A DNA stretch of 64,000 bases, from assembly GCA_938003925.1 (NCBI GenBank), contig CALKWQ010000022.1, positions 26,278 through 90,277 on the forward strand, written 5' to 3'. This DNA is from an uncultured bacterium. GTDB taxonomy: Bacteria; Patescibacteriota; Patescibacteriia; Patescibacteriales; UBA12465. The notes beneath the pieces were generated by a model, which saw only the letters and a program-made list of their open reading frames with translations, had not been told where the DNA came from and searched no databases. Positions 18,247 to 27,958 of this stretch are shown in pieces. A program made the position numbers and the translations under genes. Positions within the stretch are counted from its first letter, which is position 1. Each line of letters opens with the position of its first letter.

Positions 18247-19536
18247 ATGGCTAAAATTTTTATCTATGACGAGTTCAGCCCAGAAGACCTCGCCATGATG
18301 CAAGCACTATATTCACGTAGTCCTAAAAGTGTAGCAGAACACGTAGAAAAAGTTAGACAAAGTGGTTCCGGCAAGTTTATGTCTACTTTTTACGTCGGCT
18401 ACGGACATGCTTCTATTGCCGATTGCGGCAGCACCACCATCTTTATTGAAGGCATCAGCATCTTAGCAGATAAAGCTATCCAGGATTGGCCCCTCTATAG
18501 CGGACAAGAAACCAGCACGCGTTATATTGATATGGCCCAAAGACCAATTATCGACCCGCTAGCAACCGAGGAATCTGGTATAATTTTAAAAAAATGGATG
18601 GATTTCTACGTTAACGGTCAGGAGCAGTTAAAACCTTATCTAATTGAAAAGTATCCTATCAAAGCAGGAGAAGATGACAAAGTTTATCAAAAAGCTATCG
18701 CTGCCCGCGCTTTTGATATTATGCGCGGCTTTTTACCGGCTGGAGTGACTACACAACTTAGCTGGCATAGTAATCTCCGGCAAGCTTGGGACAAACTCGC
18801 TCTACTCCGACACCACCCCTTACCTGAAGTCAAAGCTATTGCCGAAGAGATATTGGAACAGTTAAAAGCTAAGTATGCCAACAGTTTTTCACACGAACTT
18901 TACCCGGAACAAGAGGCTTACCGTGCTCAGATGGCTGAAAAATATAGTTATTTTAGCGCTAGCAATCCTGTCGAATTTTCTTTTAGTCATAATATTGATA
19001 AACAAAAGATACAAAATTACCTAGATGTTTTAACTGATCGCCCCATAAAAACCAATTTACCTTATTTTATGGGTGATTTGGGCGCTTGCCATTTTGAATT
19101 TTTACTAGACTATGGCTCCTTTAGGGACATCCAGCGCCACCGTAGCGCTATTGCACGCATGCCTCTATTAAGCACGGAATTGGGATTTCAATCATGGTAT
19201 CTGGAACAATTGCCAGACGACATGCGCCAAACTGCAGAAAAGCTTATCGCCGAGCAAAAGCAAGCCATAAATACTCTGCCCACTGATGATAAACAAAAAC
19301 AATACTACATTGCCATGGGCTTTAACGTATCCTGCAGTTTTCACGCACCACTACCTTCAGCCGTATATGTTACCGAATTGCGCTCAGGCAAAACAGTCCA
19401 CCCCAGTTTAAGAAGAGTCGCGCACGCCATGTGTAACGCAATGCGTGCAGAGCTGCCAGAGGTAAAACTATACTGTGATTTAGACCCAGATGATTGGGAT
19501 GTCAGGCGTGGCCTACATGATATAATTAAGAAATAA
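18247..19536 (+). CDS. tandem two-domain ThyX-like protein (putative flavin-dependent thymidylate synthase)
   Basis: 429 aa. The N-half resembles ThyX (GHASIADCGSTTIFIEGISILADKAIQDWPLYSGQETSTRY; RGFLPAGVTTQLSWHSNLRQAWDKLALLR). The C-half resembles it again (HFEFLLDYGSFRDIQRHRS; YVTELRSGKTVHPSLRRVAHAM). It sits between the dCMP deaminase and Tmk genes. Confidence 0.55.
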   Translation: MAKIFIYDEFSPEDLAMMQALYSRSPKSVAEHVEKVRQSGSGKFMSTFYVGYGHASIADCGSTTIFIEGISILADKAIQDWPLYSGQETSTRYIDMAQRPIIDPLATEESGIILKKWMDFYVNGQEQLKPYLIEKYPIKAGEDDKVYQKAIAARAFDIMRGFLPAGVTTQLSWHSNLRQAWDKLALLRHHPLPEVKAIAEEILEQLKAKYANSFSHELYPEQEAYRAQMAEKYSYFSASNPVEFSFSHNIDKQKIQNYLDVLTDRPIKTNLPYFMGDLGACHFEFLLDYGSFRDIQRHRSAIARMPLLSTELGFQSWYLEQLPDDMRQTAEKLIAEQKQAINTLPTDDKQKQYYIAMGFNVSCSFHAPLPSAVYVTELRSGKTVHPSLRRVAHAMCNAMRAELPEVKLYCDLDPDDWDVRRGLHDIIKK

Positions 19537-19545
19537 ATAGATACT

Positions 19546-20100
19546 ATGCCCAAAATGATTCTCGCCTTCGCCGGTAAGTTGGCCAGCGGTAAAGCAGTTT
19601 GCCAACAATATATCACCGAAAAATATAATGCCGACAATACTAGGTTTTCCACTTCTTTGCGTGATGTGCTCCAGCGCCTACACCTACCTATTTCTAGAGA
19701 GAATCTACAAAACCTATCTTTAGATCTCAGGAATCGTTTCGGCAGTGACGTACTCGCACGCACTATTGCTGAAGATGTAAAAAATAGTCAGAAAGATATT
19801 GTGGTCATAGATGGCATTAGAAGACTAGACGATATCAACAATCTAAAAGGACTACCTGGTTTCCATTTAATCAGCGTTGATGCTTCCCCAGAGAAACGAT
19901 ATGAGCGCATGAAGGAGCGCAACGAAAATGCCGGTGACGATAAAAAAAGTTTTGCCGATTTTCTAAGAGACGAAGCTGGCGAATCAGAATTACAGATTCC
20001 CGCTGTTATGGCTGCTGCTAATTTTCACTTAGACAATAATGGCGATTTAGAGCAGCTGCATGAACAGATTGACAAAATGGTACAAGAGATACAAAATTAA
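19546..20100 (+). CDS. P-loop nucleotide/nucleoside-monophosphate kinase-like protein
   Basis: 184 aa. Walker A AFAGKLASGKAV, VIDGIRRLDDI and ...RYERMKER. The pattern is dephospho-CoA-kinase or dNMP-kinase-like. The substrate is not assignable. Confidence 0.5.
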   Translation: MPKMILAFAGKLASGKAVCQQYITEKYNADNTRFSTSLRDVLQRLHLPISRENLQNLSLDLRNRFGSDVLARTIAEDVKNSQKDIVVIDGIRRLDDINNLKGLPGFHLISVDASPEKRYERMKERNENAGDDKKSFADFLRDEAGESELQIPAVMAAANFHLDNNGDLEQLHEQIDKMVQEIQN

Positions 20101-20182
20101 AGCGTCAACAGCATAAGGAGGAGTGCTGCGGCTGCATACCAAGGCGCTCTTTTGTTATCTGAAAGAGAAAAAATAAGTAATT

Positions 20183-21535
20183 ATGTCCGATTATTCTGGA
20201 AAATTTATTGTTATTGATGGCACAGATGGTAGTGGAAAAACCACCCAGCTGCAGCTTTTGGTAGGCAAGCTTACTTCTGAAGGCTACTCCGTAGAAATTG
20301 CTGATTTTCCCCAATATAACACCAAGTCTGCCGGCATGGTAGAAGAATATTTATCCGGAAAATACGGTGGCGCCGATGACGTCAACCCCTATGCGGCCTC
20401 CCTGCTCTATGCTTCTGACCGTTTTGACGCCAGTTTTCAAATTAGAGATTGGCTAAAGCAGGGCAAAATAGTGGTCTGTAATCGTTACGTTTCAGCTAGC
20501 TTCGCCCATCAAGGAGGCAAGATTGCCAATGCTTTAGAGCGTAAATTATTCTTCAACTGGCTCAGCGAAATTGAGTACAAAATTTTTAATATCCCCAAAC
20601 CAGATCTCTATCTAATATTACATGTAGAAGCAGAAATCGCTCAAAAAATGGCTAAAGATCGTGGCCGAGAAGACTGGAAAGGTAAAACCAAAGACATTCA
20701 CGAAGATAACATCAATCACCTCAAACAAGCGGAAAAAGTATATTTAGAAATCGCTCAAAATATGCCTGATTTTCGCCTGGTGAAATGTACTCGCAACGGT
20801 GAAATCATGAGCCGCGAAGATATTCACTACTTGGTTTGGCTATACGCTAACCGTATCCTCAATGTCAGTCAGCACAAGGCTGCGCCAGACTTCCAAGCTG
20901 TCAGCGATATCTTAATTACGAAAGGCAAATTAACGCCAAATTTACCCGAACTAACCATGGCGCCGCGAGCCGTTATTTCTAGCCCTATATTAAATGTCAA
21001 CATTTCTACAGACCGGGGACTGCCGGCTCATCCTGAAACAGCAGAAAATTCCACGCCAAAGCAAGACTTGATAACCACAAATGCAACCAACGCCAAATCA
21101 CTACAAACCTTTACTGATCTACAGGTAGAACGGTTGCGACCAGAGGCCAAGTTGCCCACCAGAGCTCATACTAATGATGCCGGCCTAGATTTGTATGCTG
21201 CTGAAGACTATTCTATCCCCCCTTACGGACAAGCCCTGGTCGCTACTGGGCTTAAAATAGCCATACCTGATGGCTACGCCGGCTTGGTGTGGGACAAAAG
21301 TGGTCTAGCTAATCATGGCTTTACCACAATGGGTGGAGTTATTGATGCTGGCTACAGAGGAGAAGTCAAAGTAGTGTTTAAAAACCTCAGCGAAGACATA
21401 TATCACATTGAAACTGGACAGAAAATCGCTCAACTACTAATCCAAAAAGTTGAAACTCCTAATATTATAGAAACTAAAATTTCTGATCAACCGGCTCGGG
21501 GTGAAAGCGGCTTTGGCAGTACCGGACAATGCTAA
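20183..21535 (+). CDS. thymidylate kinase - dUTPase fusion protein
   Basis: 450 aa. The N-terminal Tmk part has FIVIDGTDGSGKTTQLQLL...DRF. A low-complexity linker of about 80 aa follows. The C-terminal Dut part has NDAGLDLYA, GVIDAGYRGEVKVVF and RGESGFGSTG. Confidence 0.85.
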   Translation: MSDYSGKFIVIDGTDGSGKTTQLQLLVGKLTSEGYSVEIADFPQYNTKSAGMVEEYLSGKYGGADDVNPYAASLLYASDRFDASFQIRDWLKQGKIVVCNRYVSASFAHQGGKIANALERKLFFNWLSEIEYKIFNIPKPDLYLILHVEAEIAQKMAKDRGREDWKGKTKDIHEDNINHLKQAEKVYLEIAQNMPDFRLVKCTRNGEIMSREDIHYLVWLYANRILNVSQHKAAPDFQAVSDILITKGKLTPNLPELTMAPRAVISSPILNVNISTDRGLPAHPETAENSTPKQDLITTNATNAKSLQTFTDLQVERLRPEAKLPTRAHTNDAGLDLYAAEDYSIPPYGQALVATGLKIAIPDGYAGLVWDKSGLANHGFTTMGGVIDAGYRGEVKVVFKNLSEDIYHIETGQKIAQLLIQKVETPNIIETKISDQPARGESGFGSTGQC

Positions 21536-21635
21536 GTCATCTAACTGAAAAGAGCCCTCAGGGCCCTTTTTTAAAAAAATTACGCGACGCACCCCTACTT
21601 TCCTGAAATCAATTTTTCCATTAAAATAAAGGTAT

Positions 21636-23144
21636 ATGAAATATGACGTCATTATCGGCCTGGAAATACACGCCGAACTAAAAACTAAAAGCAAAATGTT
21701 CTGTGCTTGCGATAATAACAGTGAAGGCCAAGCACCCAATACTACCGTCTGCCCGATTTGCCTAGGCCATCCAGGAACTTTACCAGTACCTAACAAACAA
21801 GCCATAGACTGGACTCTGCTCATTGGCCTGGCTCTAGACTGTCAAATTAACCGTAATTCCAAATTTGACCGCAAAAATTATTTTTATCCAGATTTGCCTA
21901 AGGGTTACCAAATTTCTCAGTATGATCAGCCTTTCTGTTATCGGGGCCATCTAGATATTGGCGAAAGCAGTATTGATATTACTCGCATTCACCTAGAAGA
22001 AGACACGGGCAAATCTTTTCATCCGCAAGGTAGTAAAGACACCTTAATAGACTTTAATCGCGCGGGAACCCCGCTAGTAGAATTGGTGACGGAACCAGTG
22101 ATTAGAGATGCGGAAGAAGCTAAAAGATTTTGCCAAGCTTATCAGCGCGTTCTACGCTTTCTAGATGTCAGTAACGCCGATATGGAAAAAGGGGAGATGC
22201 GTTGCGAAGCTAACATCAGCCTGCAAGCGGTTGATAGCTGGAAATATGAAAACGGACAAATCTTGCCAGTCGGTAAAAAGACCTTAAACGCCAAGGTGGA
22301 AGTAAAAAATATTAACTCTTTCCGAGCTGTAGAAAAAGCTATTAACTACGAAATCAAACGACAAGAAGAAATGTTAGAAGCTGGAGAAAAAATTTTACCA
22401 GAAACTCGCGGCTGGGATGAGAAACAAAATAAAACTATTGCTCAACGCCTTAAAGAAACGGCCGCTGATTACCGTTATTTTCCGGAACCAGACATCCCTC
22501 CGATTGTTATTACTGAGGACTGGATAGACAGTCTTAAACAAAGCTTGGTAGAATTACCACACGCTAAACAAAAGCGCTTCCAACGTCAATATGGTCTCAA
22601 GACAGAAAGCGCCGAAACAATAGCTAATGACAAGCATTTAGCTGCTTTTTTTGAAAATGTTGTTTCTGAAATGGGTGCATGGATAGAAGCAGATGGAGAT
22701 AATTTTGAACGACAAGATAAAAATGCCGCTCAGATGGCCGCCAATTGGATTACCGGCGAACTACTAAAAAATCTCAATACCGACAAACGTACTGCGCAAG
22801 ATTTAAAAATGACGGCAGAAAACTTTGCTGAACTCATGGCCTTAATTTGGGAAAATAAAATTAATTCCAACGCCGGTCAAAGAATCTTAGAAATTATGTA
22901 TTGGGAAGGCGGTGATCCTACCGATATTATGAAAAAATTAGGCTTGGAGCAGTTAGACAATGAGGAAGCGCTGGAGACGGCCATCCGCGCAGTAATAGCT
23001 GCTAACAGCCAACAAGCCCAAGAGTATAGGAACGGCAAAACACCTTTGTTACAATTCTTTGTCGGTAAAGTCATGGCTGAAACTAAAGGTAAAGCCAACC
23101 CTGAAAAACTCAAGCAACTTCTAGAAAAATTACTAGCTGAGTAA
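21636..23144 (+). CDS. gatB: Asp/Glu-tRNA amidotransferase subunit B
   Basis: 502 aa. MKYDVIIGLEIHAELKTKSKMFCAC...CPICLGHPGTLP, and a C-terminal YqeY-like tail. Confidence 0.95.
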   Translation: MKYDVIIGLEIHAELKTKSKMFCACDNNSEGQAPNTTVCPICLGHPGTLPVPNKQAIDWTLLIGLALDCQINRNSKFDRKNYFYPDLPKGYQISQYDQPFCYRGHLDIGESSIDITRIHLEEDTGKSFHPQGSKDTLIDFNRAGTPLVELVTEPVIRDAEEAKRFCQAYQRVLRFLDVSNADMEKGEMRCEANISLQAVDSWKYENGQILPVGKKTLNAKVEVKNINSFRAVEKAINYEIKRQEEMLEAGEKILPETRGWDEKQNKTIAQRLKETAADYRYFPEPDIPPIVITEDWIDSLKQSLVELPHAKQKRFQRQYGLKTESAETIANDKHLAAFFENVVSEMGAWIEADGDNFERQDKNAAQMAANWITGELLKNLNTDKRTAQDLKMTAENFAELMALIWENKINSNAGQRILEIMYWEGGDPTDIMKKLGLEQLDNEEALETAIRAVIAANSQQAQEYRNGKTPLLQFFVGKVMAETKGKANPEKLKQLLEKLLAE

Positions 23145-23146
23145 AA

Positions 23147-23172
23147 TAAAATCCCCTTAATGGGGATTTTTT
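23147..23172 (+). terminator. rho-independent terminator after gatB
   Basis: AAAATCCCC-ttaat-GGGGATTTTTT. Confidence 0.7.
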
Positions 23173-23192
23173 AATGGCATGAAAAAGAATGT

Positions 23193-23741
23193 TTAGTGCT
23201 GTTTTAAAATAACTGGGCGCGGATAACAATTACTGTTATCATCACCGTCCCTGAAGGTGGTGATTTTCAATTCTTCAATATCAGGATAAAATCTGAGTAA
23301 AGGAAAACCATCAACCATCTTTTTCCCGGTACATAGCATTGACGTCTCCGCGTTAAGCGTACGCCCAGTCTCATCCCAAGTCTTAAAGAAGTGGAGCAGG
23401 TACTCAAGCAAAGTGGCGGGAAATAGAGGCTGCTCAGATGACTGAGGATTATCTTCATCCTGCACCCAGATGGCATACGGAAATTCAGAAGCGCTACGAT
23501 CGTCACTAATAATGATACGAGCGATATCAGAAATTTCAGTCCTTACCTTAGTAAAGCGAATTCGCATCGCCCTAATGACTCTATCAGGATTAACTTTTGG
23601 CACCACTACAATAAGGCGGTGGTAGCCAGGAAGATAATCCGGAATAATATCTTGATCTAGGTCAACCCGCAAATTAAAATAACGGGCATAAAACTCCTTC
23701 CAGGAGGCAAGAAGATTTTCATTGATTACATTCTGCTGCAT
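23193..23741 (-). CDS. hypothetical protein
   Basis: Preferred start is MQQNVINENLL (23741). The track start at 23816 adds a low-complexity, AT-driven extension. No family recognised. Confidence 0.5.
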   Translation of the reverse strand: MQQNVINENLLASWKEFYARYFNLRVDLDQDIIPDYLPGYHRLIVVVPKVNPDRVIRAMRIRFTKVRTEISDIARIIISDDRSASEFPYAIWVQDEDNPQSSEQPLFPATLLEYLLHFFKTWDETGRTLNAETSMLCTGKKMVDGFPLLRFYPDIEELKITTFRDGDDNSNCYPRPVILKQH

Positions 23742-23825
23742 GGCACAAGGTTTTAGAGTGAATAAATAAAGTTTTAATGAACAATATAATTTAAGATGTT
23801 TAAATAGAAATGTCAAACTGAAGGA

Positions 23826-24761
23826 CTATCTCAACCAATTATTAATCAACTCCTCTGCGGCCGAAAAATCTTGTGCCCAGTAAATCTGCCGCCCCTGTTT
23901 TTCCCAGCGACGAAACCAGGTTTTTTGTCGCTTCGCAAAACGATACGAGGCATCGCTTAGCTTTTTAAGCATGCTATCGTAATCCAGACGACCTAACAGA
24001 TATTGAGACAAAAACTTATATTCTAAACCGAAGGACAATAAACGTCGCCAAGAAACACCTTCAGCGTGCAAGCGCTTAACCTCACCCAACATGTCTTCCT
24101 GATCCAGGCGATCATTAATACGCTTAATAATCCTAGCTCGCAAAATCTCATCGGGATAAGTCAGGCCTAGGATTAAAAAATCATAAGGCGATTCTTTTCT
24201 AATCTCCAATGAACTGCCTTGCTCTAAGATTTCCAAATAACGAACAAGGCGACGGGGATTATTTTTGTCACTATTATTCAGCTTATGGGCAAAATCTGGT
24301 TTCAAATCTTCTAGGCGTTTAAATAACTCTTCTTTACTCAAAATCTCTAACTCCCGCCTTTTCTCTAAATCAGGTTTAGCTGAGCTGAGACGATAGTTAT
24401 CAACTAAAGCTTGCAGGTAAAGACCGGTACCACCAACGATAATCGGCAGTTGCCCACGCTTAATAATATCAGCTATCGCTTTTAAAGCTAATTTTTGATA
24501 CTTGGCTAGATTAAACTCCGTGTTAGGACTAACGACATCGATTAGATGGTAGGGTACGATTTTTTTACCAACTTTATATGCCTTTAAATCTTTACCACTG
24601 CCAATATCCATACCTTTATACACCTGACGACTATCAGCAGACACAATTTCTCCTTTATATTTAAGGGCCAAACTCACGCCTAAAGCTGTCTTGCCGGAAG
24701 CTGTGGGCCCGAGCAAGACTAAAACTTTTGGTTTATCCGTATTTATCTTTTTTATTGGCAT
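23826..24761 (-). CDS. miaA: tRNA dimethylallyltransferase MiaA
   Basis: 311 aa. P-loop LLGPTASGKTALGVSLA and SADSRQVYKGMDIGSGK. Confidence 0.9.
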   Translation of the reverse strand: MPIKKINTDKPKVLVLLGPTASGKTALGVSLALKYKGEIVSADSRQVYKGMDIGSGKDLKAYKVGKKIVPYHLIDVVSPNTEFNLAKYQKLALKAIADIIKRGQLPIIVGGTGLYLQALVDNYRLSSAKPDLEKRRELEILSKEELFKRLEDLKPDFAHKLNNSDKNNPRRLVRYLEILEQGSSLEIRKESPYDFLILGLTYPDEILRARIIKRINDRLDQEDMLGEVKRLHAEGVSWRRLLSFGLEYKFLSQYLLGRLDYDSMLKKLSDASYRFAKRQKTWFRRWEKQGRQIYWAQDFSAAEELINNWLR

Positions 24762-24795
24762 AATAAGAACAAGTTACAATCAACGCTAGCTTGCT

Positions 24796-26097
24796 TTATT
24801 TTATCATCACTCCCTCCAGGCCAAAGTCCTGGATTTTTTTAATCTTAACCGTCACAAAATTGCCAATAATTTCTTCTGGCTTCAAATCAGCTGGAGCGTT
24901 AAACAGAATAGTTTTAAAACTTGAACTCTTACCATAATATTTATTCCTCCTGTTTTGCCCCTCTGCCAAAACTTTAATTTCTTTGTTAAGATAAGCTTTA
25001 TTGGCTTTCTGCCCGCTCTGGCGTAAAATCTCAGTCAAAACTTGTTCACGGCGACGCTTCTCCTCCTTGGTAACATTGTCTTCCATCTTCCAAGAAGCCG
25101 TTCCAGGACGAGGGCTATATTGAGCGGTATAAGCCATATCAAACTGCAAATCTTTAAACAATTTGACCGAATTTTGAAATTGCTTTTTTGTCTCTCCCGG
25201 AAAACCAACAATTACATCGGTAGTAATAGCGATGCCAGGCTTTGCCTTCCTAATTTTTTTAATCAACGCAGAAAAATGGGCAGCGGTATAGTTACGATTC
25301 ATAGCCCGTAAAATCTCATCATCTCCAGACTGTACGGCCACATGCAAATGATGGCAAATCTTATCAGAGGAAGCTAAAACTTTGATTAATTCCATTGATA
25401 AATCTTTAGGATGACTGGAGGAAAAACGCAACCAAAAATCACCAGATAAATTTGCTAATTTCTTCAATAAAAGAGGAAAATCGGTCTTACCGCTATGATA
25501 ACTGTTAACATTTTGGGCAATTAAAATAATCTCCTTATAGCCTCGACGCAACAAAACCCTAGCCTCACGCATAATGTCTGAAGCCGGACGGTACACCTCG
25601 CGGCCCCGAGCATAAGGCACGACACAATATGAACAAAAATTATTACAACCGTTACCAATGGGTAAATAAGCGGTAAAGTGGCTTTGATATTTAGGAGTAA
25701 TCGTTAAATATTTTTCTCCGCTTAATTTCCTGACCTCTTCCGAGCTGAGAGTTAGCTCGCGGCGACAACCACTTAGTAGTGCTAATAAATTAGGCAGTTC
25801 ATTAATGGGCATAAAAAGATCCACCTTATCCCGTAAGCGGCGCTGTACATCTAAACGATGTGACAAACAACCAGTAATAACTACCGCCGCTCGAGGATTG
25901 ACTTTGCGAATCTGATTAACCAAACCATAAACCCGATCTTCAGCTGATTGGCGAATACCGCAAGTTGTTAAGATCACCAAATCCGCCCCCAACCAATGAT
26001 CTTGGCAAGTGTAACCGCGCTCTTCTAAAAAAGAGGCTACCCGTTCGCTGTCAGCCTTATTCATCTGACAACCAATAGTAATAATATGATAAGTCAT
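24796..26097 (-). CDS. miaB: tRNA-i6A37 methylthiotransferase MiaB (radical SAM)
   Basis: 433 aa. N-terminal UPF0004 Cys pattern (TIGCQMN...TCGIR...TGC), radical SAM motif GCNNFCSYCVVPYARG, and a C-terminal TRAM-like domain. Confidence 0.9.
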   Translation of the reverse strand: MTYHIITIGCQMNKADSERVASFLEERGYTCQDHWLGADLVILTTCGIRQSAEDRVYGLVNQIRKVNPRAAVVITGCLSHRLDVQRRLRDKVDLFMPINELPNLLALLSGCRRELTLSSEEVRKLSGEKYLTITPKYQSHFTAYLPIGNGCNNFCSYCVVPYARGREVYRPASDIMREARVLLRRGYKEIILIAQNVNSYHSGKTDFPLLLKKLANLSGDFWLRFSSSHPKDLSMELIKVLASSDKICHHLHVAVQSGDDEILRAMNRNYTAAHFSALIKKIRKAKPGIAITTDVIVGFPGETKKQFQNSVKLFKDLQFDMAYTAQYSPRPGTASWKMEDNVTKEEKRRREQVLTEILRQSGQKANKAYLNKEIKVLAEGQNRRNKYYGKSSSFKTILFNAPADLKPEEIIGNFVTVKIKKIQDFGLEGVMIK

Positions 26098-26100
26098 AGA

Positions 26101-27879
26101 CTACTTATTAATTTCTAACTGCTGCAAACGATACAGACCAAACCTGCCGCGCCGCTCTTGCAGAACTAGTGTAAAACCAAAAGACGGTAAACGCCTTTCA
26201 TTTAAATACCGCAGATCTTTATCAGGAAAGGCAAAATTATAATAATACACCGGATAATGTGTTAAGAGTTGACCCAGGCTAGCATTAACAGCATCGTTAG
26301 TTAATAAAGCGTTAACTACTCGTCTTTCTGGAAATAACTGCTTGTCGTGATATTGAGTCACAATAATAGCCCCCGCCTCAGTGGCTTGTAAAATAAACCG
26401 AGAGTTAGCTTTATCAGCGAAATGATTATAATACAAGATAGCCAGGCCCTCTTCTGAGCCGAAGACGGTAAATAAACCTGACCACAGCATCCAAATGCCC
26501 ACTAATAATGACGTAATTCCAACGAACACCAATTGACGCGCCCATTGGTGCCAGCGTACCGAGGAACTAGCCTTAATTAACTGCGAAAACCAGCGGGCAC
26601 AACTTACAATAAATAACGAAGCTAAAGGTAGGGCTAAAATATACATGGGCAACCAATAGCGGGTATAGGAATTACCAATAGTAAAACGTCGAGGGTCAGG
26701 GTTATCATTAAACTTCCAACTGCCATAATAAAATACCAAAATAACCGATAGTAATAGCCACAACAAAAGATACAAATAAGCACCTCGTTTAGGGTGACGT
26801 AAAATACGAATTAAAAAGATAACTCCCCCCAAAAAACTCAGAACACACAATAGAGGAAACATCACGACCACATAATAAAAAAACATCTTCAAAGACTGCC
26901 GAGGTTGATAACCAAAATAGAAAATGTTATCTAAAACGACGGTAGCAACCTCCTGATACTGAGTAAATTGTCCTCGGACACTGGCTTGCAATAATTGACC
27001 GCTCGCTTGTGATAATTCGCTTAAAGACTGATTCATCTCGCCATAACCGCCAGAAACGGGGGAGGCATATAATATTTGGTTCCAATAAAACAGGGGCAAT
27101 AAAGCTAATAACACTCCGGCAGCAGTCATAACTAAACGCGTCAAACCAAAACGACGAGCATAGAACAACCAGGCTAAAAATAAACTTGGAGCCAACCACA
27201 ACAATTCAGAAGTTCTAGCAGCGACGGCACCACCCAACATTAATCCGGCCAATAAAGACCAGAGATAAGTCCACCACGTGGTAGTAGATAAACGCCAACA
27301 CCAAAAAGATGTCCGCTCTAACTTTCGGCGCGGCATGCTTAATAATAATAAATAAGCCGCTGCCAATAAAAATACAACAAACAAGACATTATGGAACAGA
27401 CTACGAGTGGTGTAGAAAAAATAAACAGGGAAAGAGGCCAATAAGAAAACTGAAACTAAGGCTATCTGACGTCCAAATAAACGACGAACAAAACCGTAGA
27501 AAAATAATAAACCCAAGGCTGCGAAAGCTGGAGTTAAATAAGGAATAACTGCTGTCCCAATCCAAGCTGCGATTTGGCCATACACCAAAATAATACCCAA
27601 AAAACTCACCGGCTTTAACCAGCCATGATCAGAACGGATGCTACGCGGATGTACAATTTCTTCCGTAATTAAATTAGCTGGTTCAAAAACAGCAATTTCA
27701 CCACTTTCAGCATAATGACGAGCAAAAAAATAATTAGCCGTTTCGTCGGGCGATAGAAATTTCACGTAATCAGGGGTTTGTGTCCGATAATTAAACACTG
27801 AAGTCGCCACGAAAAAACCAGCCACCAATAGACCTAGGAGAATAAAATCAAAATTTTGCCAAAACCAGCGTAATTTCAT
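26101..27879 (-). CDS. GT-C-type (ArnT/PMT-like) polytopic membrane glycosyltransferase, putative
   Basis: Start moved to MKLRWFWQNF (27879). More than 10 TM helices. The first extracytoplasmic loop carries LSPDETANYFFARHY, resembling the DE motif of ArnT/PMT-type enzymes. Confidence 0.55.
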   Translation of the reverse strand: MKLRWFWQNFDFILLGLLVAGFFVATSVFNYRTQTPDYVKFLSPDETANYFFARHYAESGEIAVFEPANLITEEIVHPRSIRSDHGWLKPVSFLGIILVYGQIAAWIGTAVIPYLTPAFAALGLLFFYGFVRRLFGRQIALVSVFLLASFPVYFFYTTRSLFHNVLFVVFLLAAAYLLLLSMPRRKLERTSFWCWRLSTTTWWTYLWSLLAGLMLGGAVAARTSELLWLAPSLFLAWLFYARRFGLTRLVMTAAGVLLALLPLFYWNQILYASPVSGGYGEMNQSLSELSQASGQLLQASVRGQFTQYQEVATVVLDNIFYFGYQPRQSLKMFFYYVVVMFPLLCVLSFLGGVIFLIRILRHPKRGAYLYLLLWLLLSVILVFYYGSWKFNDNPDPRRFTIGNSYTRYWLPMYILALPLASLFIVSCARWFSQLIKASSSVRWHQWARQLVFVGITSLLVGIWMLWSGLFTVFGSEEGLAILYYNHFADKANSRFILQATEAGAIIVTQYHDKQLFPERRVVNALLTNDAVNASLGQLLTHYPVYYYNFAFPDKDLRYLNERRLPSFGFTLVLQERRGRFGLYRLQQLEINK

Positions 27880-27958
27880 AAAATCTAGTATTGACCAACT
27901 AATCTTCTTTTTAATAGTAGCCAAAATTTTCCGAATAAGCAAGAATTTGCTATGATAT

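Noticed and set aside
20116-20170. AAGGAGG followed by GTG, opening a 17-codon ORF between the kinase gene and tmk-dut.
   Set aside because: The GTG follows the SD-like sequence after only 1 nt, which is too close for initiation. The AAGGAGG is more likely fortuitous or part of a small stem (AGCA...TGCT).
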